64,000 nucleotides of DNA from Candidatus Eiseniibacteriota bacterium (GCA_965224245.1 OZ245046.1:2240001-2304000); one strand, 5' to 3'; positions 10,470 to 20,827 are shown, counted from the first letter of the stretch. The notes: generated from the letters alone by a model not told the origin. Translations and numbers: made by a program.

Positions 10470-12260
10470 CTAGCGATCACCCCTTTCAGCCGACGCCGGT
10501 TCACCCGCTCGACCGATCTCTTCGAGTCTCTTCTTCACATCCAGAAACCGAGCGGCCAGCCGATCCGCTTCCTCCTGGTCGCCGCGTCGCGACGACTCTC
10601 CGATCGCGCGCCGGAGACGATCCGCCTCCCGCTCCAGCGCCATGCGCGGCAGGCTCGTGGCGAGATCTCGCTGGAGCTGTCGCAGCACCGCCGTGCTCGG
10701 CGGCGGCTCCGCGGCCACCGCCATCACGAACGCCCGCACCGCGTCGTCGTGCACCTGGTCGCGCAGGCTCGCCGGGGCCACGGGGGCCTCGGACGCACCG
10801 ATCCGGTCCAGCAGCTCGAAGACGCAAGGACGTACGCGGCGCGACAGGGTCTGGCGGATCCCCTCGTGGGCCAGGAGCTCGGCCAGCTCGCCCCAGAACG
10901 ACGGATCGGCCAGCACCGCGCGCAGGAGATCGGCCTCGACCCCGGTCACCTCGCGTCCTCCGGGACGTCGGACCGCCACCGGCACCGGGCCTCCGCGGCC
11001 GGCCGTCCTCGCCTCGACCGCATCCACGAACGTCGTCTCGTCGAACTTGAACCAGTCGGCGGCGCGCGCAGAGAGCTCACGCCGCGGGATGCGCTCGGGC
11101 ACGCGCGCCACGAGCGACGCCAGGCGATCCACGGCGGCGGGCTTGGGATCGCCCCGCGACTGGCGGTAGAAGAACCCGACGACGTCCTGGCGGGCCTCGA
11201 CCCGCGCTCCGAATGCCTCGGCGCCCCCCTCGCGCACGATGTCGTCCGGGTCCTGTCCCTTCGACAGCTCGACCGCCGACACGGTCACACCGGTGGGCAG
11301 GAGCGTCTCGAACCCGCGAAGCGCCGCGCGGAGACCGGCCTCGTCTCCGTCGAACACGAACACGATCTCGGGCGCGAACCGCGACAGCACCCGGGCGTGG
11401 TCCGCGGTGACCGCGGTCCCGCAGGTGGCCACCGCGTTGGTGACCCCGGCCTGGTGCAGCGCGAGCACGTCCATGTAGCCTTCGACGATGATCACGCGCT
11501 TCTCCTGCCGGGCCAGCGTTCGCGCCTCGCGGATGCCGTACAGCACCGAGCTCTTGTGATAGACCGGCGTCTCGGGCGAGTTCAGGTACTTGGGCTCCTC
11601 GTCGCCCAGGACGCGACCGCCGAAGCCGACCACCCGCCCCGACGGACCGGTGATCGGGAAGACGATCCGATCGCGGAACCGGTCGTAGTGCCGGCCCGAC
11701 TTCTTGCCCGGAATGGCCAGCCCCGCCCGCTCCAGCGCCGCCGGGTCCCGGTGGCGGGCCAGCGCCCGGATGAGGTTGTCCCACCCCGCCGGAGCCAGCC
11801 CCAGCCGATAGCGCGCGATCGTCTCGTCGGTGAGCCCGCGCCCGGCCAGGTACGTCCGCGCCGGTCCGCCTCGGGGGCCGCCGAGCTCGGAGACGAAGAA
11901 GCGCGCGGCCAGCTCCAGCGTCTCGGAGATCTCGGCCCGGACGTCGTCCGCCTCGTCGTGGACGTCGCGGTCGGGGACCTCGACCCCCACCTCGGCGCCG
12001 AGCTGTCGCACGGCCTCGGGGAAGCTGAGGCCGTCGGTCTTCATGACGAAATCGAACACCGAGCCTCCTTCCCCGCATCCGAAGCAATGAAAGTTCTGAC
12101 TGTCCGGAAACACCTTGAACGACGGCGTCTTCTCGCGATGAAACGGGCACAGGCCCGAGAAGTGATTACCCGTCTGCTTGAGGGTGACGCTCTGACCCAC
12201 GATGGCCACGATGTCCGCCGCCTGGCGAATGCGATCGATGACGTCTTTCGGTATGGTCAC
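10470..12260 (-). CDS. dnaG: DNA primase
   Basis: CHC2 zinc finger CPFH..CFGC, PKYLNSPET, TOPRIM EGYMD and FDGDEAG; GTG start with GGAGAG SD; directly upstream of rpoD. Confidence 0.97.
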   Translation of the reverse strand: MTIPKDVIDRIRQAADIVAIVGQSVTLKQTGNHFSGLCPFHREKTPSFKVFPDSQNFHCFGCGEGGSVFDFVMKTDGLSFPEAVRQLGAEVGVEVPDRDVHDEADDVRAEISETLELAARFFVSELGGPRGGPARTYLAGRGLTDETIARYRLGLAPAGWDNLIRALARHRDPAALERAGLAIPGKKSGRHYDRFRDRIVFPITGPSGRVVGFGGRVLGDEEPKYLNSPETPVYHKSSVLYGIREARTLARQEKRVIIVEGYMDVLALHQAGVTNAVATCGTAVTADHARVLSRFAPEIVFVFDGDEAGLRAALRGFETLLPTGVTVSAVELSKGQDPDDIVREGGAEAFGARVEARQDVVGFFYRQSRGDPKPAAVDRLASLVARVPERIPRRELSARAADWFKFDETTFVDAVEARTAGRGGPVPVAVRRPGGREVTGVEADLLRAVLADPSFWGELAELLAHEGIRQTLSRRVRPCVFELLDRIGASEAPVAPASLRDQVHDDAVRAFVMAVAAEPPPSTAVLRQLQRDLATSLPRMALEREADRLRRAIGESSRRGDQEEADRLAARFLDVKKRLEEIGRAGEPASAERGDR

Positions 12261-12297
12261 GCGCTCTCCGTCCCCGACCGCGCACACGCGCGCGGAC

Positions 12298-14724
12298 TCA
12301 GCGATCCCCCAGCTGAACGATGGTCACTCCCTCTCCGCCCTCGCCGGGCTCTCCCAGCCGCATCGAGATCACGCCGAAGTGCCCCGACAAAACCTGGTTG
12401 ACACGCTTGCGGAGAACTCCGGTTCCCTTCCCGTGGATGATCCGAACGACACCGACGCCGGCCAGGAGCGCCTTGTCGAGGTACTGATCGAGCACCGGCC
12501 CCACGTCGCCGCCGGCCATGCCGCGCAGGTCGAGCTCGGTCGGGACGTGGCTGTCGGTCGACACGTGCGTCGTCACGCGCCCCTTGCCCGGCGCCGGTGC
12601 CGGGCGCTTGCCCGCCGCGCGGCCCGTGGGCACCTTGCGGAGCCGATCCACCTTCACGTCGATCCGGAACGACCCCTTGGAGATGTGCACCATCCCACGG
12701 TCGCTGGGCCGCTCGTCACACGTGGCGATGGCGCCCAGGTCGAGGCTCCAGACCGGAACGCCGGCCGCGATCTCGGCCACGTCGATCCGCTCGTAGTCGT
12801 CGCCGACGGGCGGGGTGTGGTCCTGCGGCCGATTGGCCTCGGCCGCACGTCGCTGCTCGCGCACCGCCCGTCCCGTGGCCTCGACCTCTCGCGCCGCCGG
12901 GTGCGGGCTGTCGACCAGCTTTCGCCGCGTCTCCTTGACGACCTTCTCGGCGTCCTGGAGCATGCGATCGACCTCGACCGCCGCCTCGGACCGGGCCTTC
13001 TCGAGGATGTCGCGTGCCCGCGCCTCGCGCGCCTCGACCTCGCGCAGGCGCTCGGTGGCGTCGGCGAGCGTGCGATCGGCCTCCTGGCGCTCGTGCCGGA
13101 GCCGCTCGCGCTCGGCCTCGACGTCGGCGAGCAGCTGATCCATGCGCCGCTCCTCGTCCGACAGGAGCGTTCGCGCCCGCGCCAGGACCGCGGCCGGGAA
13201 CGCCAGACGCGTGGCCACTTCGAACGCGCGACTGCGCCCCGGTGTTCCCAGATCCAGCGTGAATCTCGAGCTCAGCGTCGACTCGTCGAACGTCATCGAT
13301 CCGTTCACGGCGTTCGAATGCTCGGCCGCGAAGTCCTTCAGCGGCCCGAGGTGGGTCGTGGCCACGATGTGGGTCTCCGGGCCGTCGAGCGCCTCGAGGT
13401 AGGCCCGCGCCAGGGCCCCACCCTCGGCCGGATCGGTGCCCGTGCCCAGCTCGTCCAGGAGGATCAGCGCCGGCGCCCCCGACGACTCGAGGAACTCCCC
13501 GAGATGCTTGAGATGCGAGGCGAACGTGCTGAGGTTCTCGGAGATCGACTGCTCGTCACCGATGTCCGCGCACACGCGGCGGAAGAGCGGGAGTCCGGTG
13601 CCCGGCTGGGCCAGCACCGGCAGCGCACAGGCCGCCATCGTGCACACGAGACCGAGCGTCTTCAGGGCCACCGTCTTGCCGCCCATGTTGGGACCGGTCA
13701 GGATCAGGATCCGCTGCTCGGGGCCGAGCTCGAGGTCGAGGCCCACGATGTCGTCCGGCGAGCCCGCCTCGTCCACCATCACCGGGTGCTTCGCACCGAC
13801 GATGCGGACGTGGCCGGCCCGCTCGGTCACGTCGGGGACGATCATGCCCATCTCGGCCGCCGTCTGCGCGATGGCGCGGAGGACGTCGAGGCGCGCGAGC
13901 ACGTCCAGGTTCGTCTTCAGACCGTCGGCGAAGTCAGCGACCCGGGCCGTCAGATCGGCCAGGATCCGGCGACACTCGATCTGCGCCTCGGCCTCGCACC
14001 GGGACAGCGCGTTGTTCTCCTCCACGACCACGAACGGCTCGACGAACAGCGTCTGGCCGCTCGCCGACTGATCGTGCACGATCCCGCGCGCCTTCCCCCG
14101 ATCGCGCGAGGGCACCGGGATCACGTAGCGCCCTCCCCGGAACGTCACGTACTGCTCGCGGTCCTCGCTCAGCCCCAGCGTCCCGAAGAGCCCCTCAAGC
14201 CGCTGGCGGAGGGACTCGCGCAGCGACACGGACTGCCGCCGGAGCTTGGCCAGCTTCGGCGATGCATTGTCGAGGATCTCACCGTTGGGACCGATGGCGT
14301 GCGTGATGCGGGTCTCGAGATCGCGGGAGGGGTAGAGCGCCTCGGCCAGATCGGAGAGCCCCGGCCCTGCGTGCTCGGCGCGCTCGAGGCCCGTCTTGAC
14401 GTCGCGCACCACGCGCAGGAAGCGGGCGACCTGGAGGAGCTCGTCGGCCTCGATGACCGCGCCCTCGGCGCCCAGTCGCGCCACGAGCGGGCGGACGTCG
14501 TCGTGAGAGGTGCTCGCGAAGCCGTTCGTGGAGAGCTGGAGATCGATGGCCTCGCGCGTGAGCTGACGCTGGCGCTCGAAGCTGGCCCAGTCGTCGAACG
14601 GCGTGCGCGCCAGTAGGGCCTCGCGCCCGGCCGCCGACTGTGCGCGCGCCGCGAACAGCGCGAGCACGCGATCGAACTCGAGCACCGCCAGCGTGTGCGT
14701 CGTGATCAAGTCGCACTCCAGCAA
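12298..14724 (-). CDS. mutS2: Endonuclease/ribosome-rescue factor MutS2 (Smr domain)
   Basis: TGPNMGGKT Walker A, DIGDEQSI..STF, LLDELGTGTDPAEG, C-terminal Smr LDLRG..IIHGKGTG. Confidence 0.95.
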   Translation of the reverse strand: MLECDLITTHTLAVLEFDRVLALFAARAQSAAGREALLARTPFDDWASFERQRQLTREAIDLQLSTNGFASTSHDDVRPLVARLGAEGAVIEADELLQVARFLRVVRDVKTGLERAEHAGPGLSDLAEALYPSRDLETRITHAIGPNGEILDNASPKLAKLRRQSVSLRESLRQRLEGLFGTLGLSEDREQYVTFRGGRYVIPVPSRDRGKARGIVHDQSASGQTLFVEPFVVVEENNALSRCEAEAQIECRRILADLTARVADFADGLKTNLDVLARLDVLRAIAQTAAEMGMIVPDVTERAGHVRIVGAKHPVMVDEAGSPDDIVGLDLELGPEQRILILTGPNMGGKTVALKTLGLVCTMAACALPVLAQPGTGLPLFRRVCADIGDEQSISENLSTFASHLKHLGEFLESSGAPALILLDELGTGTDPAEGGALARAYLEALDGPETHIVATTHLGPLKDFAAEHSNAVNGSMTFDESTLSSRFTLDLGTPGRSRAFEVATRLAFPAAVLARARTLLSDEERRMDQLLADVEAERERLRHERQEADRTLADATERLREVEAREARARDILEKARSEAAVEVDRMLQDAEKVVKETRRKLVDSPHPAAREVEATGRAVREQRRAAEANRPQDHTPPVGDDYERIDVAEIAAGVPVWSLDLGAIATCDERPSDRGMVHISKGSFRIDVKVDRLRKVPTGRAAGKRPAPAPGKGRVTTHVSTDSHVPTELDLRGMAGGDVGPVLDQYLDKALLAGVGVVRIIHGKGTGVLRKRVNQVLSGHFGVISMRLGEPGEGGEGVTIVQLGDR

Positions 14725-15108
14725 CCGAGGTCCGGCCCGTGGCCGCGACCCCAGAAAGCCTGGCCTCGGGGAGCGTCCGCCCGGTGGACGAGCCGTCGCA
14801 CGGCCCGACGCCGAGACCGACGTGATCCCCGGTGCGTTCCCTGCGGGCAGTCGTCGGGCACACCGCGACGCCGTCGCGTCGCGGGCGCCACCTCGTCACG
14901 GACGAGGCGGACGACCGCTCATCGGGTACGCGCCTCCAGGCGACACGTCCACTGGGCACTGCGCCCGGACCGAGCCGTCGAGCCCGAACCGGCGTCAGTG
15001 CCGAGAGAATGCCGGCGCGGCGCATCACGCGTCCGCGTCAGCGAGAGTCGGCTTAAACAGATTGGGTCCTGGGAGCCGGCCGCGCGTGCGCCGCGCGCCC
15101 ACGGCGTC

Positions 15109-15336
15109 CTAGGAACGGCGGCGACGCGGCCCGCGCGCCTTGGCCTCCGCCTTGCGCTGGCGGAGCAACGCCTTGCGTCGAGCTGTCGCGATCTTACGTT
15201 TGCGGCGCTCCGAAGGTTTCTCGTAGCGCTGGTGCTTGCGTACGTCGGCCATGATCCCGGCCTTCTCGCACTGACGCTTGAAACGCTTCAGAGCCCGCTC
15301 GAAGGGCTCATTGTCCTTGACGCGAACGATTGGCAT
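15109..15336 (-). CDS. rpsU: 30S ribosomal protein S21
   Basis: [25 protein letters not shown]...[11 protein letters not shown]. Confidence 0.97.
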   Translation of the reverse strand: MPIVRVKDNEPFERALKRFKRQCEKAGIMADVRKHQRYEKPSERRKRKIATARRKALLRQRKAEAKARGPRRRRS

Positions 15337-15526
15337 CGAGCCTCATCCCTTCCGGTTTCGACGGGCGACCCCGCTCCCGGCGAGGTCCGTTTGGGTCGTG
15401 GTCGGTGATCTCGCGGCCGCCGAGCCCGGGGGGCGACGGACGGCGGACCCGGGCCCTGAACGGCCGGATCCGCCGGAGAGTCGCCTGGAAACGTGCTCGC
15501 GGGCAGAATGCTGACCGAGCAGGCTA

Positions 15527-16291
15527 TCAGCCTCCGGGGACCATCGTCAAGCCGAGAGCCGCCACCAGCGCGATCGCGGCGGTCTCGGCCCGAAGACGGG
15601 TCGGCCCGAGCGAGACGGCCTCGAAGCCCGCGTCCTCGAGGAGCGACCACTCCTCGCCGGTGAAGTCGCCCTCGGGCCCCACGACGAGCGCCGCCGGATC
15701 GGCCCACGGGGACGGCTCGGCCCCCGCGGCCGCCACGGCGTCCGGGGGCCGGCCCCCCGGACGGGCCATCCACCGGAGGCCGGTCTCGCCCAGCCCGGCC
15801 ACCCAGTCGCCCAGGCTCGCCGGCGCGTCCAGCTCCGGCGGGCGCGATCGCAGCGACTGCATCGCCGCGCTCCGGATCACGCGGGCCCACCGATCGGGTC
15901 GCTCCGGCCGATGCTGTGTCCGCGCGGAGAGGATCGGCGTGAAGCGGCCGACGCCGAGCTCCACGCACTTCTCGAGCAGCGTCTCGGTGCGGCCGGACCG
16001 GAGGATCGGAAAGCCCAGATGGACGGCCCGCCGGGGCTCGGTGGGCGCCGGCATCACGCGCTCCACGGCGACCTCGATGGCCTGCCGGTCGCTGGAGGCG
16101 ATGCGTCCGACGATCCAGCCGCCGGCGCCGTCGGCCAGGTAGACCTCGGCGTCTCGGCGCTTCCGGACGACCGAGGCCAGGTGATGCGACGTCTCCGCGT
16201 CGAGCGTGACGCGCTCGCCGGCGCTCGCCGCGCGTCCGTACCAGAACAGGAGCCCCGGCCACCCGGGATCGGGTGAGGCCCGCTCGCTCAT
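15527..16291 (-). CDS. rsmE: 16S rRNA m3U1498 methyltransferase RsmE
   Basis: HHLASVVR, EKCVELGV, VGPEGDF..LGPTRLRAETA SPOUT motifs; follows dnaJ. Confidence 0.92.
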   Translation of the reverse strand: MSERASPDPGWPGLLFWYGRAASAGERVTLDAETSHHLASVVRKRRDAEVYLADGAGGWIVGRIASSDRQAIEVAVERVMPAPTEPRRAVHLGFPILRSGRTETLLEKCVELGVGRFTPILSARTQHRPERPDRWARVIRSAAMQSLRSRPPELDAPASLGDWVAGLGETGLRWMARPGGRPPDAVAAAGAEPSPWADPAALVVGPEGDFTGEEWSLLEDAGFEAVSLGPTRLRAETAAIALVAALGLTMVPGG

Positions 16292-17424
16292 CCGGCGTGG
16301 ACGTGGAGATCGTCGGACGGGGGCCCGAACACCGGCGCCCGGTCGCCGCGCAGCTTGCCCAGCTCGGTCAGGAGCTCACGCTCCCGCCGCGACAGGTTCG
16401 TCGGCGTCTCCACGATCACGCGCACGAGGAGGCTGCCCCGGCCACCGCCGCGGAGCGCCGGAAGTCCCTTGCCCCGGAGCCGGAGCACCTTCCCGCTCTG
16501 GATGCCCTCGGGGATGCTCACCCGGGCCTTGCCGGTGAGCGTCGGCACGTCCACCTTCATCCCGGTCGCGGCCTGGGAAACCGAGAGTCGCGTCTCGCAC
16601 ACGAGGTCGACGTCGCCGTCGCGGACGAAGATCTCGTGCTCGATCTCCTCGAACACGACGATCAGGTCGCCCGCGTCGGCCCCCCTCGGCCCGGCGTCGC
16701 CCTTGCCCTCGAGCCGCATGAAGTTGCCGCCCATGACCCCCGCGGGCACCCGCACCTCGACGGTCTCCTCGCCCTCGCGGCGACCGTCCCCACGGCACGA
16801 CGGGCACGGGTTCACGACCATCTGGCCGGTCCCCCGGCACCGTGCGCACACGACCACGTTGATGGACTGTCCGAACAGCGATCGCACGACCTGCTTGATC
16901 TGACCGGTGCCCTGGCACTCGGCGCAGGTCTGGACGTCGCTTCGATCGCGCGCGCCGCGGCCGTCGCATGCGTCGCAGACCACGTGCTTCTTGACCCGGA
17001 TCTTCTTCTTGACCCCCGACGCGATCTCCTCGAGCGTCAGGGCGATGCGCACCTGACGGTCCCGGCCCCGCTGGCGTCTGCTCCCTCCTCCTCCGCCGCC
17101 GCCGAACAGGTCCTCGAAGCCTCCCCCGCCGAACGCGCTCATGAACGAGCGAAGCGCCTCGTTGATGTCGACGTGGTGCCACTCGGCGCCGCCCTGCCCG
17201 AACGCGTCGTGCCCGTACTGATCGAAGCGAGCGCGCTTCTGCGGGTCCTTCAGGATCTCGTAGGCCTCGGTCGCCTCCTTGAACTTCTCCTCGGCGGCGG
17301 TGTCGCCCGGATTGCGGTCGGGATGGAACTCGAGGGCCTTCTGCCGATAGGCCTTCTTGACGTCGGCGTCGCTCGCATCACGACCGATGCCGAGCACCTC
17401 GTACGGATCGCGCGGACTGGTCAT
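16288..17424 (-). CDS. dnaJ: Chaperone DnaJ
   Basis: HPD J-domain, G/F region, four CxxCxGxG repeats. Confidence 0.98.
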   Translation of the reverse strand: MTSPRDPYEVLGIGRDASDADVKKAYRQKALEFHPDRNPGDTAAEEKFKEATEAYEILKDPQKRARFDQYGHDAFGQGGAEWHHVDINEALRSFMSAFGGGGFEDLFGGGGGGGSRRQRGRDRQVRIALTLEEIASGVKKKIRVKKHVVCDACDGRGARDRSDVQTCAECQGTGQIKQVVRSLFGQSINVVVCARCRGTGQMVVNPCPSCRGDGRREGEETVEVRVPAGVMGGNFMRLEGKGDAGPRGADAGDLIVVFEEIEHEIFVRDGDVDLVCETRLSVSQAATGMKVDVPTLTGKARVSIPEGIQSGKVLRLRGKGLPALRGGGRGSLLVRVIVETPTNLSRRERELLTELGKLRGDRAPVFGPPSDDLHVHAG

Positions 17425-18323
17425 GATCGCCCTTCTTCAGCGTCGCCGGTGTCACCGGTACCGCCGGCGGCGTCCGACTCGTCCCCGGTCGCCGGCGGCG
17501 TCCCGTTCGAGACGAGCACCTGCGCCGGCTTGATCAGCCGATCGCCGATGCGCCATCCGCACTGCACGACCTGGCTCACGTGTCCCTCGGGCAGCTCGGA
17601 CGGGAACTGCCCGAGCGCGTCCATCGTCTCGGCCTCGAACGCCTCGCCGAGCGGGTCGACGCGCTGGATGTCCATCTCGGCCAGCGCGTCGTGAACGCTC
17701 TTGCGCACCAGCTCCACGCCTCCCGCGATCGATTCCACGGTGGCGGAATCGGCGCGGGTGGACGCGATCGCCAGATCCAGCGTGTGGAGCGCGGGCGTCA
17801 GGGCCGCGACCAGATCCGCCATGCCGTCCCGCTTGGCAGCCAGCGTGTCCTTGGCGGCGCGACGCCGGTAGTTCTGGAACTCGGCCAGCAAGCGGAGCTT
17901 CTCCTGCTGCGCGTCCTCGAGCGCGGCCCGGAGCGACTCGGCCGCGTCGGGCGCGGCGTCGGCGTCCGCCTCCGCGGCCGGCTCGTCCGCGTCGTTCGCG
18001 CCGGCGCCGTCGTCGGGGCCGGCTTCGCCGGCACCGGTCGCCGCGCGCGCGCCGTCGTGGGTCTCATCGGCGGACGCGTTCGCGTCGGAGGACGCCCCTG
18101 CGTCGGCGGACGCGTTCGCGTCGTGGGCGCGGTCGGGCGCATCGTCGCGGGCGATCTCGTCGTGGTCGCGGCCGTGGCGTGCGTGGGTACCGGTCATGTC
18201 AGTCTCCGGGGCATCGTGTCGGTTCGTGGTCATGGTTCTCGCGTCCCGATCGGACGACGGATCGGCATCCTGATCCACATCGGTCGGGGCCGCGGCGGTC
18301 TTTCGGGTTCGGTTCGCTGCCAT
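17421..18323 (-). CDS. grpE: Nucleotide exchange factor GrpE with long acidic disordered N-terminus
   Basis: LRLLAEFQNYRRR...GEAF...VVQCGWRIGDRLIKPAQVLVS; GAGGA SD before ATG 18323. Confidence 0.92.
   Translation of the reverse strand: MAANRTRKTAAAPTDVDQDADPSSDRDARTMTTNRHDAPETDMTGTHARHGRDHDEIARDDAPDRAHDANASADAGASSDANASADETHDGARAATGAGEAGPDDGAGANDADEPAAEADADAAPDAAESLRAALEDAQQEKLRLLAEFQNYRRRAAKDTLAAKRDGMADLVAALTPALHTLDLAIASTRADSATVESIAGGVELVRKSVHDALAEMDIQRVDPLGEAFEAETMDALGQFPSELPEGHVSQVVQCGWRIGDRLIKPAQVLVSNGTPPATGDESDAAGGTGDTGDAEEGRS
18067..18123. repeat. 21-nt direct repeat within grpE N-terminus (DANASAD x2)
   Basis: TCGGCGGACGCGTTCGCGTCG at 18067-18087 and 18103-18123. Confidence 0.8.
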
Positions 18324-18358
18324 CGTATCCTCGGTGACGCGCGCGGGCGCGTGATCGT

Positions 18359-19138
18359 TCATCCAATGCGGGTGCCCTGCCGGGCGTCCCAGAGCTCGCC
18401 GAGCGCGTCGAGCCGCGCGACGATCGCACCGTAGTCCATCCGGGCCGGGCCGAGCACGGCCAGCGCGTCCGGGCCCGGTCCGCGAAGTCCGATCGAGACC
18501 AGCGCACAGCCGTCGAGGGCCCCGGCATCCGACCACGGGGCGGCCCCACGCCCGAACGCGCCCTCCGGCCTGCGGGCGATCTCGGACCCGAGGGCGACGC
18601 CGGCCCGACCGTGCACCGCCAGCGCGGCGATCCGATCGCCGAGCGCCGTGCGGTCGTCGAGGAGCCGGCACAGCCGCGCGAGCCGCGCCCCCTCACGAAA
18701 CTCGGGCTCGGACACGACGTGCTCGAGCCCGCCGTAGACGGCTCGCCGCCGACCCCCGGAGTGCTCGACCACGAGCGTCAGATGTCGCAGCTCGGCCGCC
18801 AGCGCGTCGGCCAGCCGCTGCGCATCGCACGGCTCGACCTCGAGCTGACGGGCCAGGCGCGCGCGCTCGGCCGGGCTCGGCTCTCGGCGCGCCATCAGAC
18901 GCTCGACGTAGACGCGGTACCCCAGATCGGTGGGCACGCGACCGGCCGATGCGTGCGGCCGCCCGATCACGCCGATCCGCTCCAGCGACGCCATGGTCGC
19001 ACGGATGCTGGCCGACGAGAGTCCGCGTCCGCGCTCGAGCGCGAGCGTGCGCGATCCCACGGGCGCCGCCAGGCGCACGTGGTGCTCGATGACCGCGATC
19101 AGGTACTCCGCCTGTCGCGGCGAAAGCTCAGGCAACAT
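18359..19138 (-). CDS. hrcA: Heat-inducible transcription repressor HrcA (short form)
   Basis: PVGSRTL..LSSASIR..M..LE..PHASAGRVPTDLGYRVYV and C-terminal VLGPARMDY; CIRCE upstream. Confidence 0.92.
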   Translation of the reverse strand: MLPELSPRQAEYLIAVIEHHVRLAAPVGSRTLALERGRGLSSASIRATMASLERIGVIGRPHASAGRVPTDLGYRVYVERLMARREPSPAERARLARQLEVEPCDAQRLADALAAELRHLTLVVEHSGGRRRAVYGGLEHVVSEPEFREGARLARLCRLLDDRTALGDRIAALAVHGRAGVALGSEIARRPEGAFGRGAAPWSDAGALDGCALVSIGLRGPGPDALAVLGPARMDYGAIVARLDALGELWDARQGTRIG

Positions 19139-19174
19139 CGATCGATCTCACCCAACTCGAATTAATCCAATGAC

Positions 19175-19201
19175 TTGGCACTCTAGGCGCAAAAGTGCCA
19201 G
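19175..19201. promoter_or_regulatory. CIRCE operator (HrcA site)
   Basis: TTGGCACTC-N9-AAGTGCCAG versus consensus TTAGCACTC-N9-GAGTGCTAA, upstream of hrcA. Confidence 0.9.
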
Positions 19202-19207
19202 CGAGGG

Positions 19208-19236
19208 ATGCTACCAGCGCGGGACGATGAGGTCAA
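19208..19236 (-). promoter_or_regulatory. Sigma70 promoter of the hrcA operon
   Basis: Minus strand TTGACC-N17-TAGCAT with extended TG; CIRCE lies at the predicted start site. Confidence 0.8.
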
Positions 19237-19285
19237 GCACCGCCCGAGGGCGGCGGGAGCCGGGACCGCGGGGGGCCGAGCGCGG

Positions 19286-20827
19286 TCAGTACGCCTGGTC
19301 GCGCCTCAGCACGACCAGCAGTGTCCGGACGAGGATCTTCAGGTCGAGCATCAGGGACCAGTTCTCGACGTAGTGGAGGTCGAACCGGGTTCGCTCGGCG
19401 ATCGACGTGTCGCCCCTGAGCCCGTTCACCTGGGCCCAGCCGGTGATCCCGCTCTTGACCCGGTGCCGATCCACGTAGTCGGGCATCTCGCCGGAGAAGC
19501 GATCCACGAAGTGCGGCCGCTCGGGTCGCGGTCCGACGAGGCTCATCTCGCCCCGGACGACGTTCACGAGCTGAGGCAGCTCGTCGAGGCTCCACTTGCG
19601 CAGAAAAGCTCCCACGCGGGTGGGCCGTCCGTCGTCGCGGCGCGCCCAGACCGGGCCGGTCGCCGCCTCGGCATTCACGGGCATGGACCGGAACTTGAGG
19701 ATCGCGAAGCGGCGTCCGTCCCGGCCGATCCGCTCCTGCCGATACAGCACGGGGCCCGGGGAGCTCCGCTTGACCGCCACCGCGATCATCGCCAGGAGCG
19801 GCGACAGCAGAGCCAGCGCCAGGCCCGACGCGACGAGATCGAACGACCGCTTCTGCACCCACGCCCAGCCGGTGAGCGGGATCTCGCGCAACGACAGGAT
19901 CGGCAGCCCGTCGAGCTCTCTCACGCGCGCGCGCCGGCTCAGGAGCTGAAGGGTGTCCGGCACCAGCTCGATGTCCACCGGGAGGCCGCGACACGAGCGC
20001 ACGATGTCCACCGCCGCGCGCTGCTCGGCGAGCGGCAGCGCCAGCACGAGCACGTCGACGCCCCGGGACGCGACGATCGAGGCCGCGTCGGCGTAGCGGC
20101 CCAGCACCTCGAGCGCCTCGTCCCCGATCGGCTCGCTCGCCCCGGCCACCGCGGTGGCGACGGCGATCGCCGGCTCCTGTGCCGGGTCGAAGAGGCTCGG
20201 GCCCCGGGCCGGCTCGGGGGCCGGCCCCGATCCGCCCGCGCGGCCGCCGCCCGCGGGCGCGACGCCCCCGGCGTTCAGGCAGCCCACGAGGCGGAACCCC
20301 GTGGGATCGACGTCCAGCAGCCGGCGGACGACCTCGTGCCCGATGGGTGTGTCTCCGGCCAGGAGAACCCGGAGCGGATGACGCCGTCGCCAGCGACGCG
20401 AGAGCGCGCCGATCGCCGCGCGCTCGAGCACCAGGAGCCCGACCAGCATCACGTACAGCACCGGAAAGTACGAACGCGAGAACGTGAACTCGCGATAGAA
20501 GAAGCTGAACGCGGCACCCACGAGCACCGCGCCGAGCGCCGCCCGGGCCAGCCGCAGCGCCTTCTGCGTGCGCGAGCCGATCTGCTCCAGCCGGTACATC
20601 CCCGCCGCGGCCAGGAACGGGAGCGTCACCGCGGTCAGGATGGCGCCCGCCGTCACGTAGGGCCCGATCGGGGGAACGCTCTTCGTCAGGGGCAGGACGT
20701 CGGTCACCGGTGAGTGAAACCGGAGCGCGTGCGCCAGCGGAAACGCGGCGAACACGGCCAGCGCATCGCCCAGCACCCACAGGAACTGGAGCCACGTCTC
20801 GCGCTTTCGCCGTTCAACGCGTCCCAT
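19286..20827 (-). CDS. wcaJ: Undecaprenyl-phosphate glucose phosphotransferase (WcaJ/CpsE family)
   Basis: N-terminal TMs, KRSFDL, ILKFRSM, LDELPQLVNVVRGEMSLVGPRPE, GITGWAQVNG. Confidence 0.9.
   Translation of the reverse strand: MGRVERRKRETWLQFLWVLGDALAVFAAFPLAHALRFHSPVTDVLPLTKSVPPIGPYVTAGAILTAVTLPFLAAAGMYRLEQIGSRTQKALRLARAALGAVLVGAAFSFFYREFTFSRSYFPVLYVMLVGLLVLERAAIGALSRRWRRRHPLRVLLAGDTPIGHEVVRRLLDVDPTGFRLVGCLNAGGVAPAGGGRAGGSGPAPEPARGPSLFDPAQEPAIAVATAVAGASEPIGDEALEVLGRYADAASIVASRGVDVLVLALPLAEQRAAVDIVRSCRGLPVDIELVPDTLQLLSRRARVRELDGLPILSLREIPLTGWAWVQKRSFDLVASGLALALLSPLLAMIAVAVKRSSPGPVLYRQERIGRDGRRFAILKFRSMPVNAEAATGPVWARRDDGRPTRVGAFLRKWSLDELPQLVNVVRGEMSLVGPRPERPHFVDRFSGEMPDYVDRHRVKSGITGWAQVNGLRGDTSIAERTRFDLHYVENWSLMLDLKILVRTLLVVLRRDQAY

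Noticed and set aside
12202-14616. 804-aa plus-strand ORF and similar long antisense ORFs (19208-20713, 23751-25868, 42309-44507, 54980-56989)
   Set aside because: All lie antisense to well-supported genes
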